This document shows, piece after piece, positions 1 to 10,897 of a stretch of DNA of 64,000 bases (the stretch's first letter is position 1; every line of letters starts with the position of its first letter). This DNA comes from Isurus oxyrinchus. Lineage: Eukaryota. Location: contig JANJGN010000010.1 of the NCBI GenBank assembly GCA_026770705.1, forward strand, positions 154,628,001-154,692,000, in the 5' to 3' direction. A program made the translations under genes and the position numbers. The notes below the pieces were generated by a model. It did no database searches and was not told the DNA's origin. It saw only the letters and a program-made list of their open reading frames with translations.

Positions 1-832
1 AGCATTTCAAAATGGAGAGCAAACGTACAGAAAGGGAGCTCAATTCTTCATTCAACAAGTTGCATCCATGTCACAGTTTGGTGCAGTCACTCTCCTCCAG
101 CCCCAGAAGAGCTGCCGGCCATTCCACAGTACTCTTAGTTTTCCCGGTGCTGCTTCAATCAGCTTTAGAAATTTGAGAAACTCTTCAAAGTTTGGCATTA
201 AATTGATGCTCTCTTATATTTTTGGTAAACTCTCCAGCTTGCTGGGGACTGGTATCTCTCCATGACACCAAATAAAAACGACACCGCCCATAAAAAGGTG
301 GGCCAGCTGAGCATTGGTGCAGTTTGCTTCTCCATGTTGGGGGAGAGAGAAATTCGAACATTCTTTCCATGAAGGCAGCGCTCTTTTTAAAAAGGCCACG
401 TCTGGTGCATCAGGTCAGCTCAGTGACGACTGTGAGAAGCCATCTGCAGCTGAGGGCCAGTAGATGAGAATTTGACAATAATTGCCATGCGCAGCTAGGG
501 ATTCCTGTGTTTGTGTTTGTCTCAGTCATGGGCAAATGTGGACGGTTCTCACTTGGCTGCTTTGAAGTGGCTTTATTGCTAGGATTAAAGTAAATCACAG
601 CCTTGGCCTACTGCCTGGACTGAGTATCACTCAGCTAATTCAGACAATATAAAAAAAACATTGAGTCAAAATTTGCATCATGGCCCAAAGACATGAGAAG
701 CCCAATGCTCGCAGCAATAAAGAGCTGCCTTGGTGTCCTGCCATGATTAGGATTTGAATCCCTTCAGGATTGCTTAACACAAGATCTCTCAGATCTGAAC
801 TTGAAGCAGTCTAAAGCAAAAGGAAGAACAAT

Positions 833-1220
833 TCTCTCACACATCCCATTCACCCTCCTCTTTCTCCCTACTTTTCCCTCTACATTCACCCTTTCTCCTT
901 TTCTTTCTCCCTCTTTTGCTAATTCCGAGTCACACTTCTACTCTTGACTTTCCATTTTCCGTCCTCTTGCTAACTCACCCATTCCTGTTGGCATTCTCGT
1001 GTGCTGTCTTCTCCCTAAATCTCTATTCATGTTGGCTCCTTTCTTTCTCATCAATTTATTTGACTTTCTCTCTTTCTCTCTCTCTCCTCCCCACATACCA
1101 CCCTTTCTCTCTCTCTCTCTCTCTCTCTCTTATTCATGTGGAATTGCATTTTCTTTGTTTCCTTCCTTCCAACTTTTTCTTATCACTCGTATTCACTCTA
1201 CACTTGTCTCTCTCCCTATC
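833..1220. repeat. CT-rich low-complexity tract with (CT)n
   Basis: Direct inspection. Confidence 0.85.
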
Positions 1221-1783
1221 ACAGACCTGTCACAAATAAAACATGCTTGGCCGGTTATCTCTAGTTTCTCACAAAAGTAGGTCAACCTCAACAAAAAAAA
1301 AACCTCAGCCGAGGAGAAAAGGCAAGGGAAGAAGATCCCATTCGTAAAACTCAGTTTTCCAAACATTTCAATGTATGTTTTGTATCTTTTTAGCCTTTCT
1401 TCATTGCTGAAGTATTTATTTTGACACCATGTCCAGTAGACACCACTGATCGTTCTAAGTTGTTGACCCAATATAAGAAAAGTATGAACGAACTTCATAA
1501 GATTTTCGAGGCAACGGATTTAGGAGCTGACGTGACCCCCCCTCTCCCTCAGAGACTGTCCGATCATTGGTTTAATGAAGGTCATCCTGTGCGGTTATTG
1601 TGTTTGGGCCTAAAATCAAAATCAAGTCTTCTGCATTGTCCTGTGTGCCGATCAGTGAGGTCACTAAAGTCTGAAAGGAATTTGCCAGAATTTCTGTTAT
1701 TTAATCAGCCGCACAACCTTTTTGTGGCAGAATCCAATTCGGTTCTTACATCTTGGAAAACTTCTCACCCTAGTCAGTGTAAA

Positions 1784-1927
1784 TGGGGGGGATGGTGGTG
1801 GGGGGTGGTGGCTGGTGGTGGTGAGGGGGTGGAGATGGCTGGTGGTGGTGGGGGGAGTGGAGGTGACTGGTCATGGTGAGGGGGTGGGGTAGTCCAGATT
1901 CCAGCTCTCTTCCCCCCCCCCCCCCCC
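1784..1927. repeat. (GGT)n/G-rich tract followed by poly-C
   Basis: Direct inspection. Confidence 0.85.
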
Positions 1928-2957
1928 ACCACACGCTGTCACTTTCTGCAAGAAACTCTAAGGAGATTCACCTCCGGCTGCATTAAAATTAATCCAGCTA
2001 CCTTACGGCGTTGCAGGGGGTATGGCAAGTCCTGTTGGCAAGGGAATAATTAAACAGAGAAATAGAAACCAAGAAAAGCTACCTGCAAAATAAACACGCA
2101 ATACTTAGCCACTTTATCACTGCAAGTATTAACACAGTCGAAAACCAGATTTCTTTGTTTCTTGTGTCAATTCTGCCACCTTTATTTTCTCAAGTTCACC
2201 ACAGGGGGTAGCAATTAAACAAAATGGCTGTCAAGTTTATAAAGTATTATTTGAACATGCAAATATTATGAATCTGGATAAATGCTAGTATTTTTTTTTA
2301 GAAAAATCGTAAATTCAGTTTAATTGGTAATGCTATTTCTTTCGGATGTTTAAAGGATAGAGAAAGGACAGTCGGTAGGCTCCTACTTAATGCCCCTTTG
2401 GGTACTTTCCCTGTAGTCATGAGTTTGAGACTGCACACACACTGTAGTGTGACAACCATGTTGTTCTTGATCAGGTGACTCATTCGTCTTGGTACTGCAG
2501 AGTTGTGAAAATGACACAGGCTTTCACTCGCTTAGAGTGACATTATCACCGGGGGTCAAGGAGAGGGTCAGCCAGCCTTTTTGTCCTCCCTCCCCACGAA
2601 CTGAGCTAGGTTGCGGGTCCAAGTATGATGGCCTTGGGAGAGAGCATTCTGGAGGTGACGTTTGACTGCATAGACCTCATGTGCAAGCATGTCTGATATT
2701 GTCACACTATAGTGTGCCATCTTCCCTTCACTTCACCATGGTGCCAAAAGCTTCAGCTTTCTCAGATTTTCTCTCTGAAATATTCCCCCCCCCCCACCCC
2801 AAACTCTTCTACATTTCCCTTTCAGTCCCTGCCGTTGAAAATCTCCTCCGATCTTCTTGGCCAATTGTCCTAGCTTGTTTAGTGTGGTGTGAAGCACCTA
2901 GTGATGTTAACTCCATTCAAAGGTGCAATTGCCATTAAAAGCATGTTTCTTATTGTG

Positions 2958-3058
2958 AAACAAAAACAGAATTACCTGGAAAAACTCAGTAGGTCTGGCA
3001 GCATCGGCGGAGGAGAAAAGAGTTGACGTTTCGAGTCCTCATGACCCTTCGACAGAAC
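2958..3058 (-). mobile_element. Short Penelope family 1 tail insert with TSD ttcttattgtg
   Basis: Direct repeat at 2947-2957 and 3059-3069. Confidence 0.85.
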
Positions 3059-4472
3059 TTCTTATTGTGGTCAGTGGAATCATTTAACACCAAAGGCTGC
3101 AATTTATTTACTGTAACATGATTTTTCTTTAGTCTCACGCTCACACATAGACATAAACACGCCCCAATAGGTAACATCTTACAATCCTGTTAAGGTGTGT
3201 TCGTGATCAAGCACAGAATGCAGAAGACTTGAAATTTGAGTCAGTGGGACTGGGACCTAGAGTTGAGGCCTGTATGAGGTGAACATAACTGAGCGGTTGC
3301 TGTGCAGGAGCACACACACAGAACTCTTATTGAGATGTGGCAGAGCTTTGTGAAGCTGCCTGATCTATCCACAGATGTAAATATTGTACAATTAATTTAT
3401 TGCTACTTTGGCAAATTTCTTTTGTTGTGATGTAAAAATTGGAAGATATGAAATTCCTTGTATGTATATTTTGTTCCATGTTGGTGTGTTTCTGTGTGAC
3501 GCTACACAATAATAAATGTATTTTGTGTCAAAACGATTTGAGTCATAAACAATCTACTTTATGAGATAGGTTCATTAACCAGCTTGTAAGCTTAGGGCTG
3601 CCTACTGTGGCTGGACAGATTCTGGAAGTCGTCGGCAGAAGTGATGTCATGGGAAGCCGGTGGAAGTGATGCCACGGCACAGACTAGTTGCGCTGAATGG
3701 CTCCTCTCTATACTTTATATGGTTCAATGTAATACGTGTGAGACCAGGAGCTGCAAAGATACAGCAGAAAGCAGCTATCTGCTCCATTGAGCTTTTCTAG
3801 CAGGCTGGTCACCTGGTCTCGAGGCCCATCGGCTGTCTCCATCAAAGCGTACACTGATTCAGTGTGACACTGAGTGAGGGGGAATGAACCTGTCTCCACT
3901 AAAATCCACTACTGAGTCTGAACAATTACTGCTCCTGCCAGTTGCTCTCAGGGGATGGAAATCCACAGCACACCACAGTCTGCTCGGTCACCACCAATTC
4001 AATCGGACACTCGTTAATAACACCAATTAATCACTATACCAGCTTCCGGCCAGATTCAGCCGAGCCTCTAACCTTGGCTCATAATCGGCGCTCTTTCCTC
4101 CAGCTCTTCAGCCTGTGTGGGCATCGCTTTGCAGGCCAGAGGGAATATGGTTAGGCAGGGAGCTTGTGCAATTGTATTTAGATCAGTAACATGCCTGTAT
4201 GAGAAGCACCCTGCTAAATATCAACACATTCTCGGGATGACAGGTCTGACTGCTGAGAGACCATGCCAGTTACCCAAAGGAAAACGATGTTAACTGCTGT
4301 AGATAATGAGGGTCGGTGGGTCCAAAATGGAAAGGAAAATTATATGAGGCGTAAAAAAGAGCAACCAACTCGCGATCACATGTTTTTATGCCCAATGCTA
4401 AATTAAAAGTTTAAATTATCCTTAATCACCCTTTCTTGTCCTTAAACAGGAACAGAGGTAATGTGCAGAAGT

Positions 4473-4720
4473 GGCATTTATATAGCACCTTTTATTGCTT
4501 CTAGACATCCCAAAGTGCTTCACAGCCAATTAGATACTTTAGTAATCGCTGTTGGGATATAGGAATCGAGGCAGCCAATTTGCACAAAACAAACTCCCAC
4601 AAACAGTATTGTGATGGCATGTTTTAACATTGTTGCTTGAGAGATAAATATTAGCCAAGGCACGGGGAGAACTCCCCTGCTTGTCTTTGACAGGGCAGAT
4701 GTGGCCTCGGTTTAATGTAA
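4473..4720 (-). mobile_element. DeuSINE-like 3' part (other decayed copies near 6655-7150, 37490-37750, 45975-46230, 56750-56945)
   Basis: gcatttatatagcaccttt..cccaaagtgcttcacagccaat. Confidence 0.7.
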
Positions 4721-4996
4721 GTCAACAATCGGGTGACCTTCAGACTCTGGGGTTCACTCATGGGCCTCCAAAGTGCTGGAGAGCCCAGGTTGAAAACCTG
4801 TGACGTAGGTTAGATAAATCCTTGAATGGCTATTAAAAAAAAAAATCAACCAGGATACTGGGGTCAGAAGTGGTGAGCCTGTGAAAGGTCAATTAAGATC
4901 AGATGCCAGAAGAAACTTCTTCACACAAGGGATGATAAACATGTGACATGTCATTCGTATGCCTAACATCAGACTCCCAAAGCTATTGCTCAACGC

Positions 4997-5321
4997 TAAA
5001 ATAAAAGCAAAATACTGCAGATGCTGGAAATCTGAAACAAAAACAAAAATTGCTGGAAAAACTCGGCAGGCCTAACAGCATCTGTGGAGAGGAAGGCAGA
5101 GTTAACGTTTTGAATCCATATGACTCTTTATCAGAGCTGGGAAGATAGAGTTAACGTTTCAAGTCCCTGAAGAAGAGCCTGATGAAGAGTCATTCGGACT
5201 CGAAATGTTAACTTGGTCTTCCCAGCTCTGATGAAGAGTCATATGGACTCGAAACGTTAACTCTGCCTTCCTCTCCACAGATGCTGTCAGGCCTGCTGAG
5301 TTTTTCCAGCAATTTTTGTTT
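4997..5321. mobile_element. Palindromic Penelope pLTR-derived insert carrying tandem hammerhead motifs
   Basis: Inverted arms; two CTGATGA-stem-GAAA motifs at 5179 and 5228. Confidence 0.8.
5224..5262 (+). ncRNA. Minimal type I hammerhead ribozyme (PLE type)
   Basis: CTGATGA a GAGTC atatg GACTC GAAA CGTT, with palindromic AACGTT in place of stem III. Confidence 0.7.
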
Positions 5322-5664
5322 TTGCTCTACCCTGAACATCGTCGTAGCAGGACACTCCCTGGGGGGGGACAGCGGAAACGCTTTAGGGATGTCCTCAAAG
5401 CATCCCTGAAGAGATCAAACATCTATGGGAGACCAGCTGGCTTGTGACCAGCCAAAATGGGGAAGGTTTATTCGGGAAGGCACCAAGCATGCGGAGGTGA
5501 AGTGAAAGCGTCAGAGAGAGCGCACAAACCTCCAAACACCTCATCTGCCCAACCCTTCAAGCAGCACCTGCCCTGCGTGAGGCAGTGTCTGCAGATCGCA
5601 CATTGGACTTATCACCTATCTCGGAACCCATCGAACCACAAATCATCCCCAATCCCAAGAGACT

Positions 5665-6004
5665 TTTTCTTTATTCGTTCACGGGATGTGGGCATCTCTG
5701 GCTAGGCCAGCATTTATTGCCCAGCCCTTATTGCCCTTGTTCAGAAAGCATTTAAAAGTCAACTGCATTGTTGTGGGTCTGGAGTCACATGTAGGCCAGA
5801 TCAGGTAAGGATGGCAGATTTCCTTCCCTAAAGAGCAATAGTGAACCAGGTCGCTTTTTTTACGACAATCGACAATGGTTTATTTTTATTGAATTCAAAT
5901 CGCACCATCTGCCATGGAGGGATTCAAACCCAGGTCCCCAGACCATTACCCTGGGTCTCTGGATTACCAGCCCAGTGGCAATACCACTACACCACTGTCT
6001 CCCC
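5665..6004 (-). mobile_element. tRNA-headed SINE with CR1-like 3' tail
   Basis: A/B-box head, ctggttcacta..tttagggaaggaaatctgcc core, tail shared with the CR1. Confidence 0.8.
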
Positions 6005-7244
6005 AGACGAAGGATAAAAGTGTGGACTAATCTGCCAGGCAGTAGAAAGTCTTTAGCCACATTCGGAACACAACTAGATGACGCAACATACCAGACAAGC
6101 TCCAGTGTGTTGAATGGGCTTTTCCTTGACTCTCCTTATGCTCCAATGTACAGTTTGTGGAACCTTGCACAACCAGCTTCATTAAAACAGTAATGAGTTA
6201 TCACAAGCTTCCAAGTGTGACAAAGGCTGCCTGCTTAAAGCAGTTTTATTTTTGGTTTTATGAGTTCAACTGTGTCAGTTGCCCTCCACCAACTGGCTCA
6301 AGAAGCAAAGGTTCTCATTTGAGGTTAGTCAGCAGTCTATTCAACTGCAAATTGCATCATGGTCAAGCGCACACAGCAGAAAATAAAATGAAATAAGAAA
6401 TGGAGCAGCAGAGGAATATTACCCACGTTTCACTAAGTACCTCTCAACACTGAATGTTAGCAATTTAACAGGAGTAGAAAGTACAAGAACATTCAAAATA
6501 TAGAGGTATTAGAGGTTGACAGATATTTGCTAACTAAATACAATATCCTTTTTAATAAAGACAGAATCATTTTATCTGCAATATATATGTAAAATGCTGC
6601 AAATCTGAAATAAAATCATTTATATCCACAGGATAGGGGCCCAGATGTGACAAAGAACTTGCATTTATATAATACCTTTCACCAACCCAGGGCTCAACGT
6701 TCAATAAAGTGCTCTTTAAGTGCAGCCAGTGTCATGGTACAGGTACAGAGAGGAATGTAGACCAGGAGACCGAGAGACCTCCCTGTGAATAATGTCCTTC
6801 CTCATCCATCTGAACAGAAGGATCAGGCCTCAGTTTAATGCCTTCTCCTAAAAAGCTGAATGTTCACCTTTGCTGCCAGGGAGGGAACCTGGTGGAGCAC
6901 ACTGCACACCTGTCGCGTCAATGGAATAAAAACTAGGCAGGCTCACCAATGGCTGGAGGGAACTGCTCCACCAGATTATTGTCCAAGAGGTGAAAACAAC
7001 TCTTTGTCCGAATATCTGTGCTGATGTTGCACTCCTCCAACTAATACACTGAATTGTCAGTCTACAGGCTTGTGTGCTCATTGTGGGGGGGTCAGACCTG
7101 GAGGGAGCTTAACCTTTACACTAAATCAGATGGAAGTTCTGCTTACTGAGCCAATCTAACACTATAAATCCTTCCCAAGGAATTACTTTGCCCTGCGTGC
7201 CTTCAATTCTGGTCCCTTTCACATTCCCATTGGCTGTGCCTTCA

Positions 7245-7560
7245 GGGAAGTGATGGCATAGTGATATTGTCACTGGACTAGTAATCCAGAGAGCCCAGGG
7301 TAATGCTCTGGGGACCTGGGTTCAAATTCCTGCCACGGCAGATGGTGGGATTTGAATTCAATAAAAATGTACAATGAAAAATCATGAAATGATTGTTGTA
7401 AAAACCAATCTGGTTCACTAATGCCCTTTAGGGAAGGAAATGTACTGTCCTTACCTGGTCTGGCCCACATGTGACTCCAGACCCACAGCAATGTGGTTGA
7501 CTCTTAAATGCCCTCTGAACCAGGGATGTGGGCCATAAATGCTGGCCTGACCATGAAAGA
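7245..7560 (+). mobile_element. Same SINE family, nested in an L2-like 3' fragment (about 7190-7950)
   Basis: Head tggcatagtg...gggttcaaattcc; same core. Confidence 0.8.
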
Positions 7561-7709
7561 ATTTCTAGAAAAGTTGCTAAAATTCTGCAATTTGCTCCCA
7601 AAATCTATCCGCTTCTCGAACTCTCTTCCCTCCTTTAAGATGTGCCTTAATGCCTATCTCTCTTAGGACAAGCTTTTGGCCAGCTGCCTTGGTACCACCT
7701 TATGATAAA

Positions 7710-7746
7710 AGTTCTGATGAAAGGTCACAGACCTGAAACATTAATT
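7710..7746 (+). ncRNA. Minimal hammerhead motif in a short Penelope tail insert (about 7690-7842)
   Basis: agtt CTGATGA a AGGTC aca GACCT GAAA catt aatt. Confidence 0.6.
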
Positions 7747-8309
7747 CTGTTTCTCTCTCCGCCAACACTGCCTGACCTTGCTGAGTTTTTCCAGCATTTT
7801 ATTTGTTCGGATTTCCAGCGTCCGTAGCATGTAGCTCATGTTTCTAATATCTCCTGATATGACTCACTGTAAATTTTGTTTGATAGTGTCCCAGTGACGT
7901 GATTTCGGCTGTTTTACAATGTTAAAGGTGCTTTATAAATGTAAGTTGTCATCTTTAATCATTTATGAGATTCCCTACAAAAGCAATGAATCACAAAGCT
8001 ACAGCGTTATATCGATTAACTGAACTTCTGGCAAAGAGAAAGGAGTGGGTGAATCAGGGCGAATTTTTTTTCATAGAGATAATTATCTGTGCTTCTTTCA
8101 CAGCACATTCTGCAGGAGGGAGTAGGTTTGGTGAAGTGAGCAACTTCTTCATTCCATAGGCTTCAGTTTCTTGACGTTTACCCACAGTTTATGCAAATGT
8201 GCTGTCAAAATAAATCAATCGTCAAGGTAATTTTAGTGCTTTGCACCATGTATTTACTTGGAAACGCACAACAGCAAAGAGGAAGGATACCTTCATGTTT
8301 TGGGTGGAG

Positions 8310-8730
8310 ACTGGAGGAGCTGGGATTGCCCTACTTAGGGGCAGGAAAGGGTTAAAAGGAGCTGCTCAAAATTATGGGAGGTTTTTAATGAGCGATTAAA
8401 GAGAAACAGTTTCCACTGGAGGGAGGGTCAATATCCAGAAGTGACAGATTTAACATAATTGGTGAAGGATTGGGGTGGTTGGGAGGGAGGGAAGGAGAAA
8501 TCCTTTTGTGCAGCATTGACTAAAACGGTGGTGAAAGCAGAATGAATCATAACTTTCTAAAGGGAACTGGATATATACACCTGAGCGGGTGGAATTTACA
8601 AGTCTGTAGGGGAATAAATGTCAGTGGGGGCGCGGTGGGGGTGGAAGGAGAGTGGGACTAATTGGATGGTTCTGTCAAAAAGCTAGCACAGACACAATGG
8701 GCTGAATGGCCTCCTTCTGTGCTGTGAGAG
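8310..8730 (+). mobile_element. Decayed HER1/CR1-like 3' end
   Basis: Tail gggctgaatggcctccttctgtgctg. Confidence 0.6.
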
Positions 8731-9231
8731 TCAATGACCCTTTGTCAAAGCTGATCTGAAGAGGTGTCTGGTAAAAATGTCAATCTGTCTTTGTTTTTCT
8801 AGTGCTGATGGGGAGCTGTGCATTTCTAGCGTTTTCTGTTATGCCAGATTGCAAGCATCTGTGTTTTTTAAGCTCATGTATCATTCACATTTCTGCACAG
8901 AAGGAGGCCAGTCTGGCACATGTCAGTTGGTAGCTCTTTTAATCAGATTTTTCAGTGTATCATCTGAGGTCCTTCATTTTCAATTATTTAACCACTTGAC
9001 CATAGTCAAGCAATAAAATTGGGGCAAGAAAGGCTATAATAAAGACCCCGTTCTATATTTGTAAGTTTTTTGGGTGTGCCATACTGTAGACATCACACTT
9101 TGTTACACATGCAAAACCATCTGACGGCTAATAGGATTATGGCTTGGGTTACTATAGAAAACCATATTATATCATCTGCCAGTGCTTCACAGATGGGTTA
9201 CCAACTCTAGCTGGACATATTCCTGGAGATT

Positions 9232-10860
9232 GTCCAGTCTCCGATCTGAAGAGCACACACCGGCGAGGAATCTAAGAAATTTAACAATAAAACAAGTTCC
9301 AGTGGAACTGGGACATGCTCATCATTTTCTTGTAAAAACAAACGACTAAGCACATCGGCGTTTGCAATCTGAATGCCAGGCCTATGTATGAAAGTGTATT
9401 TGTACGCTGCCAGAATTAAAGCCCTATTAGTATTTCTGTATCTTCTCGCTCGCGCAGACTTTAATCTCAGCTTTCTCTTTGACTTCACTATTGGCCAAAC
9501 TTCTCTTCAGATGCAAGTTCAAATTGTCTGAGCTCAGTGTCTGAGTCTCCCAAGATTTCAGTATCTGTCTGCTTCTTAGAAAACTCTGCGACTTTTGCCT
9601 CCAAAGCCTCTTTGGCTTCATTTAGCTGATTCTTCAGCTCTTCCATCTCTTTTTTGTATTTATTTGCTGCTTCCTGGAAAATTGAGCATTGTTGTGTCTT
9701 CTCTGCCAACTCGTTCTTCAGTTTAGTCAGAGAAGTGCTGAATTCTTTCTGTTTCTCTTCATACTTTTCCAGAGATATAAACTTTGACCTGAGGGAATCT
9801 TGCAGTGTGTGAAGGTCTTTCAGCAGGTTTCCTTTTTCCCTGTGAGGGTTGCTCACCTCATCTCGAACTCTGTCATCAAACAGTATCTCTTTGAGTTCCT
9901 TCTGCTGTTCTTCCAGGCTTTGGCTTAAGAGAGTCTGCATTTCTTCGGGTTGTGGAGTCTTTACACACTCTCTTTTGAAAGCAGGAACACTTCCAGCCTC
10001 CTTTTGGAATCCCATCAAGGTTAATTTCCCTTTGCCAATTTCACCCTAAAAGGCTTTGTCCTCTGCCTCTCAATACCAACACTTCTGCTTTGCTGGTTGG
10101 CTTCCATAGTGCACAGTTACTCTGCTTATGCCTTTCACTTGAATGTCTTCACCTGTACATGTTTTTAGTTTGGCAGCTGTTTCTTCTAAACTTAATTGAT
10201 GTTCATCATTATTCAGATATCTGAAGGTATGTTCCCCAATTACTGTAGTGGAAGCGCCCGTGTCCATTTCCATTCTAACAGGTTTGCCATTTACTTTCAC
10301 TGTGACAAATATTGGTTCTGTCTTTCCAACTTTCAGGTTAAACAATGAGTAAATGTCTGAATTTGTTGTTTCCGGCTCTTCTACATTGTAGGTTTCATTG
10401 GGCTTCTTCTTTTGTTTACAGCCTGTTTGGATCTTTCCTTGCACTATATGTCCATTTCTGTGACAATAGTAGTATTCAATTTTGTTAAACAGCCAATCAC
10501 GAAAAGACTGCTTGTTGCCACCTCTATTAAAATTATTCTTCGATTTCACTGCTCTTATAGCACTTTCCATGGCCAACGCTATCACTAGCGCCTTCTTGAA
10601 ATTCAGATTTACTTCAGACAATAATCTTTTCTGGATTGTGTCCTCTTTCACATAGACAGTTCTTAAGTGAAAACATTAAGTTTATTTACAATATCCTCAG
10701 CAGCAAGTATAGGTGTGTTTTCAACTCCAGCTCTATCTCTACCATGACTGCTGAGGTGGCCTGTGCTACTCTCCTATTGGCTACTACAGATCATGTGATC
10801 TTTCCTAGCAAGTATTATTCTCACTTAAATGAAAGTGTTCCAAACAACTGAATAAACCTC
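9232..10860 (-). mobile_element. Degenerate Gypsy LTR element (LTR-like 10640-10860, gag knuckle, protease, RNase H end) with an internal foreign insert
   Basis: IQKRLLSE, CHRNGH, MDTGAS protease, SLLG*NW, then ALILAAYKY..HRPG..NADVLSRL. Confidence 0.85.
9490..10010 (-). pseudogene. Captured coiled-coil host gene fragment, UACA-like
   Basis: 176-aa heptad-rich ORF; LSQS..Q..EIL..EV..H.E....K.L.T.Q..K...EE..F...LK..L.E.TQ pattern recalls the UACA coiled coil (from memory). Confidence 0.65.
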
Positions 10861-10897
10861 TCATAATTATATTAAAGCCCCTATGATTTTTCTCTTA

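Larger units (their letters stand above)
4945..5660 (+). mobile_element. RTE-type LINE 3' fragment interrupted by a Penelope-derived palindrome
   Basis: HVIRMP..RLPKLL | LY.E...GGQRKRFRDVLKASLK; tgctc on both sides of the insert. Confidence 0.65.

Noticed and set aside
1-600. Short ORFs as coding exons
   Set aside because: No recognisable protein or convincing splice pair in the frames I read
916-1280. Hydrophobic membrane-protein-like ORFs
   Set aside because: Translation of CT-rich low-complexity DNA
1421-1879. 152-aa plus-strand ORF
   Set aside because: Non-ATG start, no recognisable domain, and the tail is a (GGT)n repeat
7245-7335. tRNA genes in SINE heads (also 25450, 43375)
   Set aside because: Only degenerate A/B boxes fused to SINE bodies; no cloverleaf
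9488-10018. Coiled-coil ORF as an exon of a functional host gene
   Set aside because: Flanked on both sides by collinear Gypsy pol sequence, with no partner exons seen
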